Below, in pieces: positions 1-10,428 of a DNA stretch of 64,000 nucleotides. A model generated the notes under the pieces. It saw nothing but the letters and a program-made list of their open reading frames with translations. It made no database searches and was not told the DNA's origin. Source of the DNA: Eledone cirrhosa (lineage: Eukaryota); the NCBI GenBank assembly GCA_964016885.1, contig OZ024743.1, forward strand, positions 226,548,001-226,612,000, written 5' to 3'. Position 1 is the first letter of the stretch. Every line of letters begins with the position of its first letter. A program made the translations under genes and the position numbers.

Positions 1-90
1 TAAATCCACAGATCCAAAGTGGACCACATAATGATGTACCTCACTTGCCCCAACTCTTTCCAGCCTATAGGATCATATTTAGAATACATT

Positions 91-490
91 ACGGTAAATT
101 GGCAGTATCGGCAGATGGTCGGACACAATGCTTTGACGCATAGAGTTACGTCCCTTTATGATCTGAGTTCAAATCCCGCCGAGGTTAACTTTGCCTTTCA
201 TCCTTACTAGGTCGATAAAATAAAGTACCAGTAATGTACTGGGGAATTGCTGGCCTTGTGCCTAAAATAGGAACAATTATTTTATAAGGGCGGTGGATTG
301 GCAGTATCGGTAGAGGGTCGGACGCCATGCTTTGCAGCATAGAGTTACAGCCCTTTATGATCTGAGTTCAAATCCCGCCGAGTTTAACTTTGTCTTTCAT
401 CCTTACGCGGTCGATAACATAAAGTACCAGTAATGCACTGCCTTGAGCCAAAATGCTGGCCTTGTGCCAAAAGTAGAAACAATTATTTTA
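91..490 (+). mobile_element. Two head-to-tail copies of a tRNA-derived SINE (family A; probable Meta-domain SINE)
   Basis: Copies at ~91-283 and ~287-490. A-box-like TGGCAGTATCGG, B-box GAGTTCAAATCC, central GCCTTTCATCCTT..GTCGATAAAATAAAGTACCAG (resembles the MetaSINE domain, from memory), and 3' end GGCCTTGTGCC..AGAAACAATTATT. The same sequence recurs more than 15 times in the window. Confidence 0.85.
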
Positions 491-1159
491 TAAGAGCCAC
501 CCATCTAAGAATTTCCCTCTCTACCTTCAATTACCTTTCGAAGTTAAACTTGAAAAACACGATGATAGCTTCGATGCAGATGAATGAGCATGTTTCTTCA
601 CCTTTCAGACACGTCCATCACATGCCCCATTTCAGCTCAGCCCCCAGAGAAAAACAATTAAAAAAAGAAATGTCTGCCTTCACTTGTCGGTGCCCCCCGC
701 TCCCAAGGCGACGTGGAGACGTTTAGGATGGAGTTGTCTGACAGTCAGATCCGTTCTACTCGTGAAAATATCTATTCGACAAAACTGCCTAAGTGTGTGC
801 AGATAAGTTTCATCACTCAGTGCGCATCTCAGCTTGGGCCATCTGACAGTTCGTTGCTTGTAAATTTAAATTCGCACTAGCAGTAATCACCTCATAGCCG
901 CTGCCACTGACAAACCATGGATATTTGGAATTTGTCCATAGTTGCCAGGCTGAATATCCTGGGTACAGACAGACGCTCATACCCACCACTAATCCTGTAT
1001 AAAATCCTAACACGGAATATCCACCGATCACATTGCCCAATTGAACTGGGTGGTAGTGAGCACGTGACAACATTCCAGTCACGCTTTTATCTCGATCTAT
1101 GTTTTTAGCTCAGACAAAGTGACGAGTGGTGGAAAGATGTGTCTCACAATGAGCAACTA

Positions 1160-1175
1160 AATTTGTTCACCGTTT

Positions 1176-1236
<61 letters not shown>
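1160..1236. repeat. (AG)n microsatellite
   Basis: Pure AG run. Confidence 0.95.
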
Positions 1237-1238
<2 letters not shown>

Positions 1239-1253
1239 TGAGAGAAAGACGGA

Positions 1254-1555
1254 GAGAATGAGTAAATCGAATCGAAGTCAGTGTTGTAGCATATCTACAA
1301 ACTTTATTGGTATATAACAATTGTTTCGATATCGATCAGCTCAGAGTTCAATCAAGATGACGGGGCCCGAGTTGGGCTCTGCCATTGTAATTGTACCCTG
1401 AGCTGATCGATACCAAAATAATTGTAATAGGTGAATAAATGTTCTACATATGCTGCAGCACTCATTTCGATTTTACTTACTCTATTTACACTCAGCACAC
1501 TACAATCGCCATAACTCTGCAATAAAACCAGCCATGCGACGTACCTCGTAACACA
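1254..1555 (+). mobile_element. Degenerate fold-back mini-element (PLE pLTR-like)
   Basis: Imperfect inverted arms ~1254-1352 / ~1389-1483 (e.g. ATCGATCAGCTCAG / CTGAGCTGATCGAT) with an unpaired ~70-bp tail. The left arm has ACAATTGTTTCG, the reverse complement of an HHR 3' half CGAAACAATTGT. Flanked by (AG)n and (CA)/(TA)n. Confidence 0.55.
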
Positions 1556-3526
1556 CACACATTATATATATATATATATATAACGAACTTTTCAGATTCA
1601 ACCTGTAACAAGTGTGGCAAGACTGGCCTTTTGAATTGCAGATGCATTTCTCTTTTTTTACCATCTGAGTGACCTAGAGCAACTTAAAATATATTATCTT
1701 TTTCAAGGACATAACGCACCGCCCGGAATCGAACTAGTGACCTTTCGATTGCATTAATAGGTTAACACGTGGAGCCACAAAGTAATCTTGTCGCATAGAC
1801 ACTCAGTAAAATATGCATTCACACAATATTGAACACATCTGTTTCCATATACATAATGTTTCATACTCACTTTCCGAAGACAGTCGCACAAAAAGAAAAT
1901 CTCTATGTGGTTATGTGACTTAATAGAAATAGCGAAGTCGTCACAATTCCTACGTTTCAGATTTAAGAAAAAAAAATGATAAATCTATATTCGACAATGC
2001 AGACTCAGAAACGGAACGACTAAATACCATATATCTGCCATGTCTAGCAGCATATGTACGCCTGATCAGTGATTACATGATCGTCAAATTTACCAAAATT
2101 TGCAAACGGAAAAAATAACTAAGACAGCAAATTGTTGCAATACGCCCTTGTGGCTGGGTTAGGGAGATCTCACCCGCTTACAAATATAGATGAGAATAAC
2201 AAAAAGAGCGACTTCTATAGGAAAAATACACATTCCGATTAACCGTATTGCTTGTCTTCTGAGGATAATCATGAATCTAAATTCGATGATTATAATTCTA
2301 GTCAGTCGATCAATAGAACAACATGCTAATGAAATCAACGTGTGAATGACGGAGCATTCATATGGAATATTGTGTCATTTAAACGTCGATTTAGCGCGAC
2401 ACAGACTACGACAACTCTGGGTCTTTGAATTACAGGTACAATTAATCTAATGAATTTCCACAGTTTTCGTCTACAGAGTTTCATATGCCCATGATATCAC
2501 AGGGTCGGAGAGAACCAGAAACGTAATGATTGTGAAGCGAACTTCTTAACTATACTAAATACGCACCAACTAATGACATAATAACTGTGAAGCGAACTTC
2601 TTACCTATGCTGAATACACAAAAATTGGTGACATAATAACCAGTCATTTATCGCAGCTAATTAACATTTAGTGTTTAGCAATTCATTTGCCAATTTTTAT
2701 GAAATATCTAAAATCAATATTGTAAAGTACTTAAAAGTAGCTAATAACAGAAATAAGACTAGCAGCCAATAGTTCTTTAGTCGAGGAAATTTAACATATA
2801 ATTATTTTTCATAGAAGTAAAATGAAAGTGTGTGTGTGTAATAATTGTAGAGAGAAGATAAATAGCTCGGTGATTAGGATGGTTGCCTCACAATCCAAAT
2901 GTAATCAGTTCGATTTCTGCCAGCACATTCTATCTCTGACCAAAAACTTTATTTTTCTTGCTCCAATACACTCAGCATTAACAGTGGGCCAGCTTTGTCA
3001 TATATTTATGAAGGTAGGCTCCCTAAGCATTATTTGAAGCGTACGCCCGTCTGTGTAATGCTTAGCGAATTTCACATTAGTTTCACGAGACAGATATTTT
3101 GGAACATTTATTCATTGGAACTGACGGAAGTCCAGTACGATGCAGGTAGATTCAGTTGTAGTTCCTAAAGTTATTATTTTGAACACACCAATTCGACCAA
3201 GCGCAGAAAATACGAAAACCTAAAAGGATTTCTATTCCTAGACAGGTTAATAGTTCTTTAAATGAAATTATGCAAATATTAACCAATTTTCAAAACGACC
3301 GAGTGAGTTTATTGCAGCATTTTGAAACCACACACCAAATGCTAATTTGGTAGCTTGATTTCTTTTATCTAGCATTGTTACAAAACCAAAGATTCGATAT
3401 TAAATGGGCCCCAGTTTGAATTACATTGATATGTATTCATTTAACAAACACTGAGAAACCTTAAAATTGGCAATGACTGTCTTTCGTGTCTCTTGCACAT
3501 AATGCAGAAATATTTCCCTATTATGC

Positions 3527-3567
<41 letters not shown>

Positions 3568-3568
<1 letters not shown>

Positions 3569-3827
3569 ACGAAGGAAATGTGGTAAGGAACCAGGTGGAC
3601 CATAACGCCCCAAAGTACTCAATACTTAGGGTAGTAGAGTGGGTATTAGGAACGAGTAGGACCCCGACGGCTGAGCTCAAGCCATTTCGACGGCTAATTC
3701 TGGAATTAGCCGTCGAATTAGCCGTCGAAATGGCTGTCGAAATGGCCGTCGAATGGCCGTCGAAATGGCCGTCGAATTAGCCGTCGAAACGGCTTGAGCT
3801 CAGCCGTCGGGGTCCTACTCGTTCCTA
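3568..3827 (-). mobile_element. Fold-back mini-element, family F1, with stuttered centre
   Basis: Inverted arms TAGGAACGAGTAGGACCCCGACGGCTGAGCTCAAGCC.TTTCGACGGCTAATTC, 3647-3827, and a unique 79-bp tail at 3568-3646. Near-identical to 50176-50382 in the opposite orientation. Embedded in (TA)n. Confidence 0.85.
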
Positions 3828-3849
3828 TATATATATATATATATATTTA

Positions 3850-4042
3850 TAGTAAAAGAGTTAGGACGTCGATGGTTGAGTTCCGGCTGTTTCGACATCT
3901 AGATCCGAACTAGCTGTCGAAATAGCTGGAGCTCAGCCGCCCGGGTCCTGACTCTTTTCCTATTCACCCACTCTACTGCCCTTATTATTGAGTACTCTGG
4001 TGTTTTACGGTCTACCTGGCATCTTACCCCACTCTCTTTGTT
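3850..4042 (+). mobile_element. Fold-back mini-element, diverged F1 relative
   Basis: Imperfect palindrome 3850-3962 centred on TTTCGACA..TGTCGAAA, followed by the tail CACCCACTCTACT..TATTGAGTACT..ACCTGG, which is homologous to the F1 tail. Confidence 0.75.
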
Positions 4043-4045
4043 ATA

Positions 4046-5072
4046 TATATATGCAGACAGATGGTGCAATGCACCTTATTGCTGCATTAGTTCTGCAGAA
4101 ACTTGAGTCCGGGAATCTTATAGGCACCCGTTTTATGTGTGTTGTGTTGAGGCAAATAACTATGTGTATACTCTGGTAATGTATCTTACATTGCCATTGA
4201 GGGCACTGAGATACAACCGGTACTGGCATTGATAAATATGCTGGGTCCGTCAACCCTTATTATTATTATCTCCCAACTAGCGGAATATTGAGAGTAAGTT
4301 AAACAATTTTTCACTTTTTATTGTTTTTGTTTTGATATGCACTCTTTTTCGTGCTACTAATTTTGTCTCACTCTTTTAAGTTGTGAATTAGACTGGTTAT
4401 CTACGCACGTGGCTGACACATTTCAGCTCGCTACCATATTGGTATATAATAGATCATCGCCGTTAAAGGTTCTTGGCACTACCAATGTTACCATCGCTTT
4501 CTTCTAGCCATGGGGCTTGGAGACATGAACCGAATGCTACCATTCTATTTTATATCAATGTGAACTGGTATTTCTAATAGCCATTTTTTCACCCCTTGAT
4601 AATTTGTGTGTGAGACACGTTGGCTGAGTCCTTCTGACAGGAACTAATAGATTGATTCTTTTTAGCTTCCCGTCCCCACGTAAAATTTGTAAATCAGTGG
4701 CTAGTTGAGAGATAGAGTCCTATCGGTTGCCAGTTAATCGCTTTACCGTGTCGGTTGTCACAAACAGTCATGACCGGCTCGGGCCGGTATTTGGATTATG
4801 TCGATCGATTAGTTATTGTTTAGACGATACCCGCTGACGAAGCAGCATAAGCCGATTGTGCATTGTTGTATAATATATGCAGGCAGATGGTGCAGTGCAC
4901 CTTACTGCTGCATTTGTACTGCAGAAACTCGAGTCCGGGAACCTTATAGGCACCCGTTTTACGTGTGTAAATAACTATGTGTATACTCTGGTAATGTATC
5001 TTACATTGCCCATTGAGTGCGCTGAGATACAACTGGTACTGGCATTGATAAATATGCTGGGTCCGTCAACCC

Positions 5073-5110
<38 letters not shown>
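4046..5110 (+). mobile_element. Non-coding partial-tandem element (~826-bp period) with pLTR-like repeats and a hammerhead
   Basis: A ~215-bp direct repeat at ~4046-4265 and ~4875-5080 (GAAA at 4098 and 4924). Each copy ends CCGTCAACCC(TTA)n. No real ORF. Confidence 0.75.
4830..4939 (+). ncRNA. Type I hammerhead ribozyme with long stem II insertion
   Basis: CCCG-CTGACGA-A-GCAG[~75 nt]CTGC-A-GAAA-CTCGAG-TC^CGGG. Stem I is CCCG/CGGG, stem III is the palindrome CTCGAG, and the cleavage triplet is GUC. Confidence 0.7.
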
Positions 5111-5144
<34 letters not shown>

Positions 5145-6244
5145 CAACAATACAATTTATATTTTCTCTGCACAGACGCACTCCCTTGTTACCAATAATA
5201 TTAAATAGATTCCTCATTCCTGTTCGAAGGAGTCAAGGAAGCTGCTGAAAAGTAGCCTTGAAAGTTCATGTAAATTAATCCTTAACTTCTCAGGAAAGGA
5301 AAGGATACATATGCAGTGCTCGAGAAACGGACCGGAGTGTCATGCTTGGCTCAAACTGGGGTTAAACAATCATTTAACATTTCTTCGTTCGTTTGTCTGT
5401 CTGTTTGTTTCTTCTTTTTATGGGTGTTATTTAGATATTTATTGGAATGTATTCCATATTTGCTCGTGTGTTATATTAGTTCCTCTTTTCATCTTCATCT
5501 CCTGAAATGTTCTCTAAATGAGAAATTTTCATTTTAATATGATCGTTGATCTCGCTTAGAAGAAGGAACAATAACAAGACAAGTAAATAAGTTAAGCATC
5601 CAACTCAAATGTAATAAAACAAGATTTATAATAACAAACTGTAGAATGAAGAAATTTTTATGCTGCCATTTATTTGGAACAAATAATTTAAAAGAAAAGA
5701 AAGAAAACAAGAAACAAACATCACAAAAATTCCAAAGATTAACTTTGCTAAAATTGTAGTGTTTCGCTTTATTCCTGCTATTAGCCATTCAAAAACAAGG
5801 AGTAAATGTAATGATTAGGGAAAATATGGATTTTAATCAGAATGGCTTAGAATTTGGAATGATATCCGGCTGCTATTTCTAGAACGTCTAATTTCTTCGT
5901 TCGAATAAGAGCTAGATAAAGTCAATTGTTTTGAAGAATTATGAAATGTGAAAAATTATTTCTTCATTTTTTTGCGGCAATAGCAAGAACCAGATGAATA
6001 AAATAAATAAATTATTTTAATGAGAATAAATTAAAGACAACAAAATCCAAGATAGCAATAATTGTAAAAATCATGGATTTTCTCCCTAGGAAAGCATTTT
6101 TCTCCAATTTTATTTCAAATAATAACTGATAATCCTTTTTGCTTTCTTTTCCAATTTTCAAAATAATTTTTTCATTAAAAAATCAAATCTAATTGCTAAA
6201 TTGCCGAAACCCATCAAATTTATGGTTTAGGATCAGTTGGGAAG

Positions 6245-6835
6245 AACTGCATGATATGTGATGTGTTTATTGTGTGTGTTTGTATGTGTACATGTGAATG
6301 TATATGAGTGTGTGTGATTATGTGTGTAGATGTGTGTGTACATGTGTATGTATGTATATATGAGTGTGTGCACATGTGTGTGTACATGTGTGTGTATGTA
6401 TATGAGTATGTAGTGAGGAATATGTTATTACTAAATGCTCGTGTATGCTTGTGCGCAAGGGTATTCTTGCTTGTGTATATGTATGTATATATGTTCGTGT
6501 ATCCGTGTATGCATGTGTGTGTACATGTGTATACAGCTGTGTATGTATGAATTTGAGTGTGTAGCAGAGAATATGTGATTACTATATGCTCGTGTGTGCA
6601 TGTGCACGAGGGTATTCTTTCCTGTGCAAATGTATATGCATGTGTGTGTGTGTTCATGTTTGTGCATATGTGTATATAGCTGAGTGTATATATGTTTGTG
6701 CACATGTTTATATAGCTGAGTGTGAATGTGTGTGCGTACAAGTGTCTATATGGATTTATACACGAGTATATATGTGTATGCATGGGCTTAAAGGTGTGTC
6801 TATGCATGATTGTGTTTTGAATGACTGTGTTGGTT
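6245..6835. repeat. Degenerate (TG/TA) low-complexity tract
   Basis: Decayed dinucleotide repeat that generates the spurious His/Thr and Cys/Val ORFs. Confidence 0.85.
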
Positions 6836-7724
6836 GTTTCTTAAATTTCAATACAAACCATGAAACAAAAATCTCTTTTCTACACTTCTTTCATTAAATT
6901 TTCGTTTAACCGTGAACGTTGATGTAGCAATGGCAATAGTAGTAAAAGTTACAAAGTGGTGGTGGTGGTGGTATATTTTAATCTCAATTTCGTACCCAGT
7001 ATAATTCTTCATGACACCATCAGAACCGAAACATTGTGAATAATCATCATAGTTTGAATATTTTGGTTTTACTAAATTCAGAAGGTAGATATTTGGTGGA
7101 AGCAGTAACGTTCAGGCATCGAACAAGGTGTCTTATAGGTATTTAATCATGTCCTCTACGAAAGATATTCTCCTTGTTCCTAGGCTAGAAATTTTAGGAT
7201 GGTTGACTGGCATAATCGGTAGAATGATCAACAGTTGTGTTATTAGTTATCATACTTTATGTTTCGAGGCTCTATACCTTTGAAATAATTTGTACCTTTC
7301 ATCCTAGTTGCGCTGTACAGAATTACCGGACTAGATGTGATTTATTATATCTCCTTAGCTCCAAATATATCTACCCCAGCGCATATTGTAAGAAATCAAT
7401 AATTATAAACAGGAGAGGGAAATGGGTTGGTAGAAACTGTCAAATATCGGACTAAATATCTTGGCGTTTAGTATCGGTTTAAGTTAAGATAGACATTAAA
7501 ATTGATTCTGCCTTGATCTACTACTATAATGCCAGCCATATACTGGAGGTATAAAATCGATTGTATTATTCATTTAATACGTACGTTCTTGAGGCTAATT
7601 TAGAAATCTTTAATAATATTATTTAGAGGTTGTAATTAAATTGGAGAGAGTAAATTTCAATCCTGCTGAACCCACATAATGTAAGCATATCGAATAATTA
7701 AGTCCCTGAACAAAATTAAGTATC

Positions 7725-8463
7725 AGGTGGATTGGCAGTATCGGTAGAGAGTCGGACGCCATGCTTTCCAGCATAGTTACGTCCCTTTACAGTCTGAGTT
7801 CAAATCCCGCCGAGGTTCACTTTGTCTTTCATCCTTACGGGGTCGATAAAATAAAGTACTAGTAATGTACTGGGTAATTGCTGGCCTTGTGCCAAAAGTA
7901 GAAACAATTATTTGAAATAATGATACTTAATTTTGGAGTTACGGGCCTTTACGATCTGAGTTCAAATCCCGCCGATGTTAACTTTGCCTTTCATCCTTAC
8001 GGGATCGATAAAATAAAGTACCAGTAATGCACACGGATGATTGCTGGCCTTGTGCCAAAAGTAGAAACAATTATTTGAAATAATAAGATGACTGGATTGG
8101 CAATATCGGTAGATCACGCCGAGGTTAGCTTTGCCATTCATCTTTACGGGGTACTAGGGTCGACTTAATTGAATTCCCCTCCCCCAAATTGCTCACCTTG
8201 TGCCTCAGTCAGAAACCATTACTTGTAATGATACGGCCAATGGATTGGTAGTATAGTTAGTGCGTTAGAAAACATGCTTTGCGACACAGAGCTATGGTTC
8301 TTTACATTCTGAGTTCGAATTCCGCCGAGATTAGTTTTGCCTTTCATCCTCATGGGATCGAGAAAATAAAGCTCCAGTATAGTACTGAGGTCAATTTAAA
8401 AGACATTCGTCCCTTCTCTTAAAAAATTGCTGGCGTTGTGCCAAATATAGAAACATTTATTTG
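7725..8463 (+). mobile_element. Four head-to-tail SINE family A copies
   Basis: Copies at ~7725-7913, 7935-8075 (5' truncated), 8091-8222 and 8236-8462. Each ends CC/CGTTGTGCC..AGAAAC(A/C)ATT. Confidence 0.85.
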
Positions 8464-9821
8464 TAACGAGGCAGCAGACTAAATGCATTACAATATTTAG
8501 TTTCGATCCTTTGAAATTTGAATCATATTAGGCTCAACTTCGACTGTTAACCCGTTAATGAAATGTATAGATATAATTGCTTCTACATTTGGTGCAAGGA
8601 CAGTCAACTAAATCGAAATAAATAGAAATGATATATCCAGTTCAGTGCATTTAATTTAAACTTTCCAATTTACCTCCAATAAAAGAATTCATTACCAGCA
8701 TTAATACTATCCTTATTGCTTTCTTTGGCGCAGACATCCTGGTGCTCCGAACAAAATACTTTGCAGTATTTAGTTACAAAAAACTATATAAGCATTTTGG
8801 CAGACAAAGTTTTCTTATTGATTAACCCATGGAAAGAGATTATTTTTCTAACTTTATAGATTATCTCTGTTAATCAAAGATGTTCAACTATTTTGAACCA
8901 TGGTATGTTAGTGCTATTGCTAATGACTATTGGCTTTTCAAGCATGCACTATACGTAAATAAACCATCGTCAAATATCTATACGTTATTAATTGCCGTCC
9001 CTCAGTATATCGTAGTAAGTAAGCGTTATTGAAGAGGGAGAATCCTAAAATACGTATATCGCTATTACACGGATGTTGAGGTAACTGTAATATAATCACG
9101 GCCTAAAATTTTCGCAGCGAGTTTATGTTTATATTTAATATACATAAACATTCAGCCTTTATTTTGAATCCACGGTGTGTTAATTTTATGTGTATTTATG
9201 ATTCAGAATTATTCTATGATGAGCTTTCCCTGAGCTATATTGTTCTCTTTAGTGAAAGAAAACCAATGAATTCCGCCCACTCCTACATCAATTAGACTCG
9301 AAGTCCCTGCAAAAAGGTCAGAAAGATTGCTTTTCTTTCTCCGATAAAATACTTAAAATAATAAAAACAATTTAATTAATAAATTAAAAAATTACGAATA
9401 GTTCTTTTAATTCTAGATTAGTTATCCTAAAAGTACTAAATTAAATTAAATATAATTTAATTTTAGTTTGATCTGCTGGAACGATTTTCAATTATTGACC
9501 TATTTGGATTCCCCTCATCGATGTAGAACGAAATAAGTCACAAGTCAATTTGGGAGGCATTGTATAATCAATTGACCTGCTAGAAATAGCAATGACTTAT
9601 ATCTCAAATTATAATCTACCGTTGGATAAATTTGGTCCTATGTGACTGTATAAAAGGATGCGATGGAGGGTCACAGTTGAAACTTTTATCATCAGTATTT
9701 AATTGACCAGCGTTGATCTGTTGCTAAGTAACAAGAACGATTCATTATAAAATTCAATAAAAACAGCAGTATGTGAGACAGTGGAGGGTATACACAATTT
9801 AACCTTATTGCCTGGCCCTGC

Positions 9822-10045
9822 GGAGGCACGTGGCCTAGTGGTAAGGGTGTTAGACTTAGGATCTTAATTACGTGTGTTCAATTCCTGGGCTGGTTTGCGA
9901 ATTGTCTTCTTGAGCAAAACACTACATTTCACGTTGCTCCAGATTACCCAGCTGAAAATGAGTAACAGCAGGGGCTGAGGTTTAAGCCTGCGATGGACTG
10001 TGATAAGCATCGGCCTAGCGAGCGTTCTCGCTTAAGACAGTCTTA
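9822..10045 (+). mobile_element. tRNA-derived SINE (family B, CORE/V-like central domain)
   Basis: A box TGGCCTAGTGG, B box GTTCAATTCC, then CTTGAGCAAAACACT and CCTGCGATGGACTG. Related decayed copies at ~1680-1790 (-), ~2865-3140 (+) and ~25680-25790 (-). Confidence 0.65.
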
Positions 10046-10155
10046 AGAATAAACTTTATTCCTGGCCCTGGTGAGTTTTCAACATAATATTTCAATCTCA
10101 TACTCTTTAACTGGTTTCGCTCATTAGAGTACGGAAATAAGATTTAGTCTTCAAA

Positions 10156-10200
<45 letters not shown>

Positions 10201-10287
10201 AACAAATTAGTAGAAAGGAAAAATATTTTTTCAGTAAAAAATGTTGAAGAGATTTTTTCAGTGAAATATCAAAACATTAATTTATTT

Positions 10288-10325
10288 ACAATACCGGTTT
10301 CAGCATTATATGCATTGTCAATTGC
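10288..10325 (-). ncRNA. Minimal type I hammerhead ribozyme (U3-A8 variant) in a PLE 3' remnant
   Basis: The minus strand reads GCAA-TTGACAA-T-GCAT-ATA-ATGC-T-GAAA-CCGG-TA^TTGT. It is followed by AATAAA and, ~90 nt further, by (TA)n. Confidence 0.7.
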
Positions 10326-10428
10326 GGACATGGTTGCGACCAAGCTATTAGCAGAGAAGATTGGACAGAGAAATTAACTTTCTTCTCTGAATGAACATGT
10401 ATGTGAAAATTAATTTTACTTCCCCTTA

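Noticed and set aside
287-380. tRNA-like A and B boxes
   Set aside because: These are SINE heads continuing into the SINE body. No convincing cloverleaf, so not called as tRNA genes.
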